Of a stretch of 64,000 nt of DNA, positions 9,130-16,812 are shown piece by piece. The notes beneath the pieces are model-generated. The model was not told the origin of the DNA. It saw nothing but the letters and a program-made list of their open reading frames with translations, and made no database searches. Location: the IMG/VR virus record IMGVR_UViG_3300005323_000003, positions 355 to 64,354 of that record; one strand, 5' to 3'. Position numbers and translations under genes: made by a program. Position 1 is the stretch's first letter. Each line of letters begins with the position of its first letter. Source of the stretch: a virus (Duplodnaviria; Caudoviricetes).

Positions 9130-9770
9130 GCGAAAACAAGAGGGATTTAAAAGACTTGCTGGCTGACCTTGATTGGGATAAAGAAGGAAACTTAGTTGAC
9201 CGGAAAACGAGAGAACCCGTTATAAGTGCAGAGTGGATTGACGGGTCGTGTTTATGTATGCCTGAAGAACTGCAAAACTTTTTTATAACAAATGGGTACG
9301 GAGCATTGTTGGAACGAGCATTAAAACTTGAAAAAACTCTTGACGACGCGATTAAGACCAATAAGTATCTGGAAGAAGAAAACGACCTTCAGCGAGACAG
9401 CATACAGAAGTTATCGGCGCAGGGCATTGCATACCGCGACATGTTGCAGTTAATAGAGCATTACTTTAGGAATCCAAGTAAATATGACGGAACATGGTCG
9501 GAATTTTATGCGGAAAAAATAAAGTTATTGCTTGATGATCCTAACCCCGGCGCAGACCTGCTGGATAAGATTGCAAAACTTGAAGCGATAGCGGAAGCTA
9601 CTGAAAAAATGTACACACAAATTATAGCCAACAGCCATGCGCATAGCTTAGACATGAGCGGTTATCATGGGACTACCATAAGAATTAAGCAGGGAGAAAG
9701 CGGAAAGGATTTTTGGCAAGCAATGTGGGCTTATAATGATGCCCTTGCCGCCTACGAAGGGAGCAAATAG
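9126..9770 (+). CDS. Hypothetical coiled-coil protein
   Basis: 214-aa ORF with ATGA overlap. Confidence 0.65.
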   Translation: MSENKRDLKDLLADLDWDKEGNLVDRKTREPVISAEWIDGSCLCMPEELQNFFITNGYGALLERALKLEKTLDDAIKTNKYLEEENDLQRDSIQKLSAQGIAYRDMLQLIEHYFRNPSKYDGTWSEFYAEKIKLLLDDPNPGADLLDKIAKLEAIAEATEKMYTQIIANSHAHSLDMSGYHGTTIRIKQGESGKDFWQAMWAYNDALAAYEGSK

Positions 9771-9771
9771 C

Positions 9772-10002
9772 ATGGAATCAATCGTAATTAATCCTGACCG
9801 CGTATGCACCGTAAAGACTCCTAAAAACATGGTTGAGCGGGGAAAGTGCGAAGTTTGCGGCAGGCCTATACTGATTGCTACGTGGGTAGCAAAGATACTG
9901 GACAAATTAGACCGGGAGGTTAATACCTGCAGCAGGGTACATCAAAACGTGTTAATGGGGGTTGACACGGTGGATAACGAGTTGGACGAAATGGAGGGGT
10001 AA
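9772..10002 (+). CDS. Small Zn-binding protein
   Basis: CEVCGRP; start reassigned to ATG 9772. Confidence 0.55.
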   Translation: MESIVINPDRVCTVKTPKNMVERGKCEVCGRPILIATWVAKILDKLDREVNTCSRVHQNVLMGVDTVDNELDEMEG

Positions 10003-10003
10003 T

Positions 10004-10252
10004 ATGATATATCCTGATTTATCCGATAGTTTAATTCTTCCGCCAGTTAATAACGTTTATATTTATGCCGGGTACAAATCGCAAAGCTATAAAGCATATA
10101 GAAAAACTGATGATAAATTTGAATTAATAGGAGAACTCAACTACGAGTCATTTCTTAATCATTTTAACGAACAAAAAATAATAAATAAATGGTTGCAGGA
10201 TGTTGGCTATATAGATAAAAATCCGGACGAGGTGGACGAGGTTGTTTATTAG
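10004..10252 (+). CDS. Hypothetical protein
   Basis: RBS GGAGGGG before ATG 10004. Confidence 0.55.
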   Translation: MIYPDLSDSLILPPVNNVYIYAGYKSQSYKAYRKTDDKFELIGELNYESFLNHFNEQKIINKWLQDVGYIDKNPDEVDEVVY

Positions 10253-10278
10253 TTAGTTGGGGGAAAGGGGATGGCTTA

Positions 10279-10839
10279 ATGAGCAAGGCCGGGAGGAAAC
10301 ACAGGCCAAAGTGGCATGTCATGGTTGATTCCGTAATATATCGCTTTGTGGACGACCCTCAGACCATCCGCGTATGTGAAAACAGGATAAGGGAGATAGA
10401 ACTGACAGGGACAAAAGAAACAATGCAGTATAAGATACTGGAAGGCTCTAGGGGCAACAATAATACTGCCGGGCAGGAAAGATATGTACTGGAGTTAGAA
10501 CAGGCTCAGGAACAGCTACAGATTAGCTCAGACAGGATCAAATTAATTGACCGGATGCTGCAGCAGTATTTTAGTGAAGAGGAAAGGACGTTTATAAATC
10601 TGTTTTGGTTAAGTGTACCGGTACCGGACAGGGGAGCTGTTTGGACCAGAACATTGACCGTGATACATCAAATCGGATGGCTAAGAGACCCAGACGACAA
10701 AAGAAGGCCGGGGGATGCGTTTTATACCTGGAAGAAGAGGATATATCAAAAGTGGTGGGATCTGCTTTACCCAGATATGCCGCAGGAAATGGGCGAGAGT
10801 GACTATATTGAGTATAAGGCGCTTAGCGCGGAGAGGTAG
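10279..10839 (+). CDS. Putative late-gene transcriptional regulator (RinA/ArpU-like position and helical pattern)
   Basis: Coiled coil then IDRMLQQYFSEEERTFINLFW; near the end of the early operon, upstream of the packaging genes. Confidence 0.45.
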   Translation: MSKAGRKHRPKWHVMVDSVIYRFVDDPQTIRVCENRIREIELTGTKETMQYKILEGSRGNNNTAGQERYVLELEQAQEQLQISSDRIKLIDRMLQQYFSEEERTFINLFWLSVPVPDRGAVWTRTLTVIHQIGWLRDPDDKRRPGDAFYTWKKRIYQKWWDLLYPDMPQEMGESDYIEYKALSAER

Positions 10840-10846
10840 GGAATAG

Positions 10847-11275
10847 ATGAATTTAGGCGAAATGTTTAAAATGTTACAAGAAAATAAAAAATTAAAATTT
10901 GAAGCAATCCACCCAAAGTATAAAGATAAATTCGAATTTTCAGTTGTAAATGGATTTTTAAAATTTAAAAGATGGTCTCCAATGGGAGAATTAATTGATG
11001 ATCCTAATTTTAATTGCATTAATGGGAATATACAAATGGATTATGATTGGCAACTAGTCCGCCAGCCCGTCCCGTGGCAGGAAGCGATTCAGGCGTGGTT
11101 AGACGGAAAAGAGATTGAGATTTGCGAGTGCGCGGGATGCGGGGAAAATACAAGATGCGAACGTTGTAAAGCAAAAAGAAAACAAAATATATTCACGTAT
11201 GGAGATGCTTCTTGTCAGCTTAGCGATATTTGTTATATGCAATTTGAAACAGCCAAATGGTACATTAACGAGTAA
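10847..11275 (+). CDS. Hypothetical protein
   Basis: 142 aa; last gene before the convergent terminator. Confidence 0.65.
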   Translation: MNLGEMFKMLQENKKLKFEAIHPKYKDKFEFSVVNGFLKFKRWSPMGELIDDPNFNCINGNIQMDYDWQLVRQPVPWQEAIQAWLDGKEIEICECAGCGENTRCERCKAKRKQNIFTYGDASCQLSDICYMQFETAKWYINE

Positions 11276-11475
11276 TCAATCTTGCCGGCTTGAACCACCG
11301 GCATAAATATAAGCACTAGGTGAGCTCGTGCAAGGTGGTGGTAGGATGTAAGATAACACTGCAACGTCCATGCAATACTGGTAATAATAAAGAATGGAAG
11401 GTGGTGGACCTCCCAAGAAATCAGGCATATGTCATCATAACAATTTAATACTTCCTTTGCAAAACAGGGACTAAA

Positions 11476-11498
11476 AAGCCGGGTGTTGAGCCCGGCTT
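11476..11498. terminator. Bidirectional intrinsic terminator
   Basis: AAGCCGGG-7nt-CCCGGCTT between convergent gene blocks. Confidence 0.75.
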
Positions 11499-11502
11499 AT
11501 AT

Positions 11503-11829
11503 TTAATACATATATTTAGGTATAAAATTATATGCCCATCTATCTTGTTTGCAACGAGGACAATAAACTATTAAATTCCCGTCTTCGTCTTTGTATGACG
11601 CTTTAGAAAAAAGCATTTCTAATTCTGATTGCATGTATCCGCATATAGGGCAACAATATCCGAGTATTTCAGTATTGGAATTTGCGTTATTAGATTCTAA
11701 TTTTAACAGCTCAATATCCGCCTCTTCTTTTGTTAATGTATCGCTAAATACAACTAAATTTAAGCATTTATTGTCTGCAATATTATATCCGGCACACCAT
11801 TCAATTATTTCATATCTTTTTTCCTTCAC
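11503..11829 (-). CDS. Zn-ribbon protein
   Basis: CPICG...CPRCK. Confidence 0.6.
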   Translation of the reverse strand: MKEKRYEIIEWCAGYNIADNKCLNLVVFSDTLTKEEADIELLKLESNNANSNTEILGYCCPICGYMQSELEMLFSKASYKDEDGNLIVYCPRCKQDRWAYNFIPKYMY

Positions 11830-11861
11830 AGAATTTACTCCTTCCTATCGTAGATTACAAA

Positions 11862-12251
11862 TTAACAAGCTAATTTTATATCAATAATAACTCCCTTCCC
11901 GGCCAAATTATCAAGGCACTCAGCCAAATAATAATCGTTGTGCTCCGGGTAAATCGGAGTATTTTCAAGTAATGCATGATCAAAGTCTAACTTTTCCCAC
12001 GGGCTGCATATTTTACCCCGGTATAGATGGTCGTACCATAAGGGATCGATTTTGTAACGCCTATTGCGCATTTCCTGCATAACCAGCAAGTGAAAGGCTA
12101 CCAGATACGCCGGAGAGTGATCAAAGACGTAATTCACCGTCGCATGTTTCCGTCCCCAGCCGTTGCCACGTAGCGCGCAGCATTCGCGGTGCTGGCCTAG
12201 CAGCTGTGCGTTGGGGAGATATGGAATCAGATTTTCGTGCCATAGACGCAT
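11862..12251 (-). CDS. TIGR02328-family protein (pyrimidine-dimer DNA glycosylase-like)
   Basis: MRLWHENLIPYLPNAQLLGQHRECCALRGNGWGRKHATVNYVF...YPEHNDYYLAECLDNL. Confidence 0.85.
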   Translation of the reverse strand: MRLWHENLIPYLPNAQLLGQHRECCALRGNGWGRKHATVNYVFDHSPAYLVAFHLLVMQEMRNRRYKIDPLWYDHLYRGKICSPWEKLDFDHALLENTPIYPEHNDYYLAECLDNLAGKGVIIDIKLAC

Positions 12252-12269
12252 GATTGGCCTCCTTTCAAA

Positions 12270-12620
12270 TTAAGTTTTGCTGTTAATGTTTTTAATCGTA
12301 ATAATTAAATCTTTGGCATGAGTAAAATCATGTATATATCGCTCCAATCTCCGCCGCCTCTTAACATCATCGTGACACCAATTAAGGTCATTCTGTAACT
12401 GCGCTATCGTTTCACCTATAGTCTTATTGCCTTTAATGCTGTTACATGTTTTACAACACATAACAAGATTTTCAAAAGTATTTTTTCCTCCTTTGGAAAC
12501 AGGACATAAATGGTCAACTGCTCTATTACCGTCGGTTAGCTTGCGATTACAATAAAAACAACGGTTGCTATATATAGATTCTATAACAGATTTCGTATAC
12601 TTGCGTTTATTTGCAGTCAT
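12270..12620 (-). CDS. HNH endonuclease
   Basis: CFYC...VDHLCPVSKGGKNTFENLVMCCKTCNSIKG. Confidence 0.9.
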   Translation of the reverse strand: MTANKRKYTKSVIESIYSNRCFYCNRKLTDGNRAVDHLCPVSKGGKNTFENLVMCCKTCNSIKGNKTIGETIAQLQNDLNWCHDDVKRRRRLERYIHDFTHAKDLIITIKNINSKT

Positions 12621-12624
12621 TAAT

Positions 12625-13311
12625 TTATTCCTGTTTGTCGTCTAGGCATTTTTCGCAACCAATTATTGCCGATCCGTCAAATTGTAAATTACCTTGATAA
12701 TCTCCGCATATTGGGCATAGCGGATATTTCCCGCCTAACAGCATTTGTATTAATTCCTTGTCTGCATCAGGCTTATCTTGTAAAAGCTTTTGAACGTCAG
12801 ATAATATTTGTTCTGCGGACCGCGTAACATAAGCAACACCATTTTCTACAGATTTTATCGATGGATCGCTTAGCTTTATCATGCCACGCAAATACTCGCT
12901 AACCGATTTACCGTCGTTTTCCGCCGTAGCTTCTAGTTTTTCTTTTTCGCTGGGAGATATCCGCACTCTGATAACTTCGGATAAGGTTTCTCCACTGCGC
13001 TCCAGGCCGTAAAAACGATACAGATAGTCGGGTAGCGGGCTACCTTTCATTTTACGCGGATGGTATCCTTTATATGGTTTTAATTCTTCATCCCTGACTT
13101 TACGGAAAGGAGTAAGGTAAAACATTCCAAGCGTTCCGTCTATTTTTTCTGCAACAATCATAGTTGGGAATTGGTCAACGTACCAAGCTCCATTTATCAC
13201 GAGGTAAGGCCCTTTGGGGGCCTCAACCTCTTTACTGTTGATTGAATCGCCTTGCACAAGTAAGGTATTATTATCAGTTTCGGATACATCATATTTATCA
13301 AATTTATCCAT
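12625..13311 (-). CDS. Multidomain protein with a ribbon-helix-helix and C-terminal Zn ribbon
   Basis: VIRVRISPSEKEKLEATAENDGKSVSEYLRGMI; CPIC...CEKC. Confidence 0.65.
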   Translation of the reverse strand: MDKFDKYDVSETDNNTLLVQGDSINSKEVEAPKGPYLVINGAWYVDQFPTMIVAEKIDGTLGMFYLTPFRKVRDEELKPYKGYHPRKMKGSPLPDYLYRFYGLERSGETLSEVIRVRISPSEKEKLEATAENDGKSVSEYLRGMIKLSDPSIKSVENGVAYVTRSAEQILSDVQKLLQDKPDADKELIQMLLGGKYPLCPICGDYQGNLQFDGSAIIGCEKCLDDKQE

Positions 13312-13314
13312 TGT

Positions 13315-13605
13315 TTAAGCCTCCTTATTAAAATCGTTAAGAAAATTGTAAACAGCTTGCGGATATTGAGTTGATGGCGTTGGATTACTGCCAGACCAAA
13401 AGCTATCCCAAGGAAGGCCAGCTTTTTTAACCGCTTGCGTATAAGCTGCAATGCCTGGCACAGTCCAACCTCCGTGAGTATTGCGATTTCGGCAAGACCG
13501 ATTGCGTTCTCGTTCCGGGAGAGACGCTTCAAGATGTGCTTGTGCTTTAAAAATACTGTCCTTGTTAGTTTTTAAGGCTTCAGTCATTTCTTTAATATTC
13601 TTCAT
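13315..13605 (-). CDS. Hypothetical protein (96 aa)
   Basis: RBS AAAGGA before ATG 13605; own sigmaA-like promoter upstream. Confidence 0.6.
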   Translation of the reverse strand: MKNIKEMTEALKTNKDSIFKAQAHLEASLPERERNRSCRNRNTHGGWTVPGIAAYTQAVKKAGLPWDSFWSGSNPTPSTQYPQAVYNFLNDFNKEA

Positions 13606-13723
13606 AAATATCATTCCTTTCCACCCTTGTCGCCGGGCCGCGTTATTTGTATCACTTGTGTGGTACAATATTATTATATGCAGATGGATTTTGATTATGC
13701 AAGTGTTTTTTAATATTTTTATG

Positions 13724-13981
13724 CTATGCGTTTTTCATTTTGTTTAAGCCATAATTGGTAACTGCTTCATCATAAATACGGGAAATTCCTTGCTCGACAA
13801 TTGAAGTTTTAGATATTCTAGATTCTGCCGGTTTAAGCAGTGCTATAATTTCCTCCAGTTGCTTATCGGCTTCTAGGCTGATGTTAATGTTTAGCCTAAC
13901 GGTTTGTTTTGCTATTTTCTTTCGCTCCTTTCTGCCGGGATAGGATCCCAGCCCGGTCTTAAAAAAATTCATGGTATGCAT
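13724..13981 (-). CDS. Ribbon-helix-helix (CopG/Arc-like) regulator
   Basis: TVRLNINISLEADKQLEEII...ISKTSIVEQGISRIY. Confidence 0.6.
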   Translation of the reverse strand: MHTMNFFKTGLGSYPGRKERKKIAKQTVRLNINISLEADKQLEEIIALLKPAESRISKTSIVEQGISRIYDEAVTNYGLNKMKNA

Positions 13982-14219
13982 TGCAAGACATCGGTTCCCC
14001 GCCTGCTTCCTTTTCTTTTTTGCAATGATCTATATATGATTGTTGTTGGCAACTCCTGTAATTAACGGGTCTTTCGTTTTTATCAGCTTGACAAGGTGCT
14101 TGAACAAATTTATCATCAATTTCTCCGGTCATCCAATTTTGATATACTGGATGCCATTTATTATATTGGCAAATATCTCGTTGCTTGCAATCGCTGTTAT
14201 AACATGATGTTTTACCCAT
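13959..14219 (-). CDS. Small Cys-rich hypothetical protein
   Basis: 86 aa; RBS GAGGA. Confidence 0.55.
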   Translation of the reverse strand: MGKTSCYNSDCKQRDICQYNKWHPVYQNWMTGEIDDKFVQAPCQADKNERPVNYRSCQQQSYIDHCKKEKEAGGEPMSCNAYHEFF

Positions 14220-14301
14220 TTTACATTCCTCGCTTTCGTTTTTAGCGTCCGGGCTTGTGACCGGACTGTATTACCGGACCCGGAGGGCCGCCACTCTGCG
14301 A

Positions 14302-14577
14302 TTACAATTCGATGATATAAAACCGTTCTATTATTTGGTCTAAAATAATCCGATCATTTCGTATGGCTTTGTTGAAAGACGCCATTACGTAATTATTAAT
14401 TAATCCTCGCTGTGCCATACTTTGCATATAACATATTGATTCCATTATCATATCAAAAGTATTACAAAACAGTCTTCTGTCATCGTTGGTATTTCCCCAC
14501 TTATCCCGATACATTTTATAATTGTTGTTTAAAACAAGCTCCTTATTTTTTAATTCTCCATAATCCTTATTTGCCAT
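14302..14577 (-). CDS. Hypothetical protein, first gene of the antisense cassette
   Basis: 91 aa; RBS GGGGTGGA; strong promoter upstream. Confidence 0.6.
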   Translation of the reverse strand: MANKDYGELKNKELVLNNNYKMYRDKWGNTNDDRRLFCNTFDMIMESICYMQSMAQRGLINNYVMASFNKAIRNDRIILDQIIERFYIIEL

Positions 14578-14618
14578 TCAATCCACCCCGCTTTCGTTTT
14601 GTTGTTCCCCATGTCAAT

Positions 14619-14647
14619 AATATATCATCTGTCTGCCTGTCTGTCAA
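14619..14647 (-). promoter_or_regulatory. sigmaA promoter with tandem repeats in the spacer
   Basis: Minus strand TTGACA-17bp-TATATT with TGn extension; CTGTCTG repeated at 14629-14635 and 14637-14643. Confidence 0.75.
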
Positions 14648-14781
14648 GAAAATAATTAAAGTTTATCCTGACTTACGGAAATTGGCAGTGCAGCGTGTTT
14701 GGGGATTAGCTAAGGAATAATGTGAAAATGTTAACAAAGTATTTTCCGCAATTAATTTGCAACTATAAGTTCGATTTGGAG

Positions 14782-14790
14782 TGTTATACT
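14782..14790 (+). promoter_or_regulatory. Putative late promoter (extended -10)
   Basis: TGtTATACT with no consensus -35, upstream of repL/terS. Confidence 0.45.
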
Positions 14791-14871
14791 GGAAGAGTAA
14801 AAATTTAATAAAGACACCAGCGAGGGGACCGGGCGAGAAGTCTGGTCTTTTTTAATTGAATAATGATAAAC

Positions 14872-14897
14872 AAGGATCGCGTGAGCGGTCTTTTTTT
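14872..14897 (+). terminator. Intrinsic terminator in the late leader
   Basis: AAGGATCGC-GTGA-GCGGTCTTT followed by a T tract. Confidence 0.7.
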
Positions 14898-15017
14898 ATG
14901 CCCGTGTCACGGTCGCCCCGGCCAGGATGATCGGAAGCACGGATTAGCCGCCAAATGTGCGGACACGGGCAAATATTTTAAAAAAGGCGGCAAATAATAT
15001 GAAGTGGCGGCGTGTAA

Positions 15018-15539
15018 ATGCAAAATTTTAAAGTTATAAAATCTGAAAAAGTAGTTGACCAAAAAACCGGAGAAATAAAATACCATGATACAGTAGAACG
15101 ATTACCGCAGGAATTAATCGGCGTTTGGAACCCTCACCAAAAAGAAAAAAATTACAAATATATAAAAATGAAAAACAGCCTTGAAGTTAAAAAGAAGATC
15201 AATGAATTAACAATAAACGAAAAGGCTTTTTTGTTGTCTGTAATCCCATATTTAGATTGGGAAACAAATATACTTGTTGGCGATGGCAGGACAGCCGGAC
15301 AAAAACAATTTCCTTTAAAGTGGAAAGAGATTGATAAAATAACCGGCTTTGAACAAAGAACCAGGAGAAAAATAGTTGAAAGCTTGGTTGAGAAAAACAT
15401 ACTTAACTACATTTCAGGAGATTACAAAAAAGGGATTGTAATTAATCCTCAATACGCTTTAAACGGAAAAACTCCAAGCCAAACATTAATAAATACTTTC
15501 TTGGTTAAAGAGCCTTTGAATGACTTTTATGTTACTTGA
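15018..15539 (+). CDS. RepL-like winged-helix replication protein
   Basis: VVDQKTGE N-terminus; LTINEKAFLL...WKEIDKITG...RKIVESLVEKNIL...INPQYALNG. Confidence 0.65.
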   Translation: MQNFKVIKSEKVVDQKTGEIKYHDTVERLPQELIGVWNPHQKEKNYKYIKMKNSLEVKKKINELTINEKAFLLSVIPYLDWETNILVGDGRTAGQKQFPLKWKEIDKITGFEQRTRRKIVESLVEKNILNYISGDYKKGIVINPQYALNGKTPSQTLINTFLVKEPLNDFYVT

Positions 15540-15594
15540 AAAACCATACATGGCATGCACTGTTTTATACCAAAAACCATACATGGCATGCACT
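15539..15594 (+). repeat. Two 23-bp exact direct repeats with a 33-bp period (iteron-like)
   Basis: AAAAACCATACATGGCATGCACT at 15539-15561 and 15572-15594, followed by an AT-rich tract. Confidence 0.85.
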
Positions 15595-15747
15595 ATAAAA
15601 AAATGGCCTCAAAATGCCAATTATGTAAGTACGAATAAGGTTTTTATGTTGCAGATTCATCTAATATAAGATATATAAACAACTTTTAAGACTCTGCGTT
15701 CAGATGGTTTTGATTTTATATTTGTAAAAAAATAGGAGTGATTACCT

Positions 15748-16023
15748 ATGATAAAAACGTTAAACGAAAGATTAAGCGTCAAAGAGTTTAAATTATTCAT
15801 GTACTTAGCGGTTGAAAGTAATAGCCGCAACATCGGAGATATATGCAAAGCGTTACATACTACACCATTAACATTACTTTCAAAAACCAAACCAAACATG
15901 GAGAGAAAGTTTGAAGAGTTTGAAAGAGATTATAAGAAATGGCTGGAAGAAAACGGAGAACATAACTATTTTCCAACCGGCAAAGACGTTAACAGGATCA
16001 TTCGGAATGTGAAGTTTAATTAA
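15748..16023 (+). CDS. Hypothetical protein (possible HTH)
   Basis: 91 aa; RBS AGGAG. Confidence 0.6.
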   Translation: MIKTLNERLSVKEFKLFMYLAVESNSRNIGDICKALHTTPLTLLSKTKPNMERKFEEFERDYKKWLEENGEHNYFPTGKDVNRIIRNVKFN

Positions 16024-16041
16024 TTTTGGAGGTGGGCTTGA

Positions 16042-16812
16042 ATGGCAAAAGGAGATAGATTAACAGAAAAACAAGAGATATTTGCACAGACTCTTTTTGC
16101 TGGAAAAGTAACCCAAAGAGAGGCTTATAAACTGGCTTACAACTGCGACAATATGAAAGATAAGACAATAGATGAAAAAGCCTGCATACTTGCCAAAGAT
16201 GCCAAGGTAAGGGCAAGAATCAAGGAATTACAGGATGAATTAAAAGAAAGAAACATCGTAACAGCCGAAGAAGTCCTAAAACATTGGCATGATATAGCAA
16301 CAGCAGACCCGAACGAAATTATACATCTTCGCCGGGTATGCTGCAGACATTGTTACGGAAAGGACTTCCAATACCAATGGAGAGACGAGGAAGAATATTT
16401 GCAAGCCGTCTACAGAGAAAATAAAGCCGCCGAAGAAAACGAGCGTCCGCCGGTAATTATTTCAAATGATGGCGGCTATGGATATAACAAACTGGAACGA
16501 CCAAACACTAAATGCCCTTACTGCTGGGGTGAGGGAAGCATGGAGATTCATGCTGAAGACACCAGGCATTTAAGCCCTAAAGCAAAGCTTCTTTATGCCG
16601 GAGTAAAGCAGACAAAAGATGGATTTGAGATAAAAATGCGTGACCAAGACAAGGCACTGGAGAATGTTGCCCGGCACCTTGGCATGTTTGTGGACAAAAA
16701 AGAAATATCCGGCCCAGACGGCGGGCCGATAGAAATAAACGCCCTCACAGATGAAGAACTTGATGCAAAAATATCCAGGCTTGTTGGTAAGGTGATACCA
16801 GATGGCGGCTAA
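16042..16812 (+). CDS. terS: Terminase small subunit with a Zn-binding insertion
   Basis: LTEKQEIF...QREAYKLAY...VRARIKELQ...TAEEVL; CRHC...CPYC; ends EISGPDGGPIE. Confidence 0.9.
   Translation: MAKGDRLTEKQEIFAQTLFAGKVTQREAYKLAYNCDNMKDKTIDEKACILAKDAKVRARIKELQDELKERNIVTAEEVLKHWHDIATADPNEIIHLRRVCCRHCYGKDFQYQWRDEEEYLQAVYRENKAAEENERPPVIISNDGGYGYNKLERPNTKCPYCWGEGSMEIHAEDTRHLSPKAKLLYAGVKQTKDGFEIKMRDQDKALENVARHLGMFVDKKEISGPDGGPIEINALTDEELDAKISRLVGKVIPDGG

Noticed and set aside
13197-13532. 111-aa minus-strand ORF from the track
   Set aside because: Alternative frame overlapping two better-supported genes with RBSs
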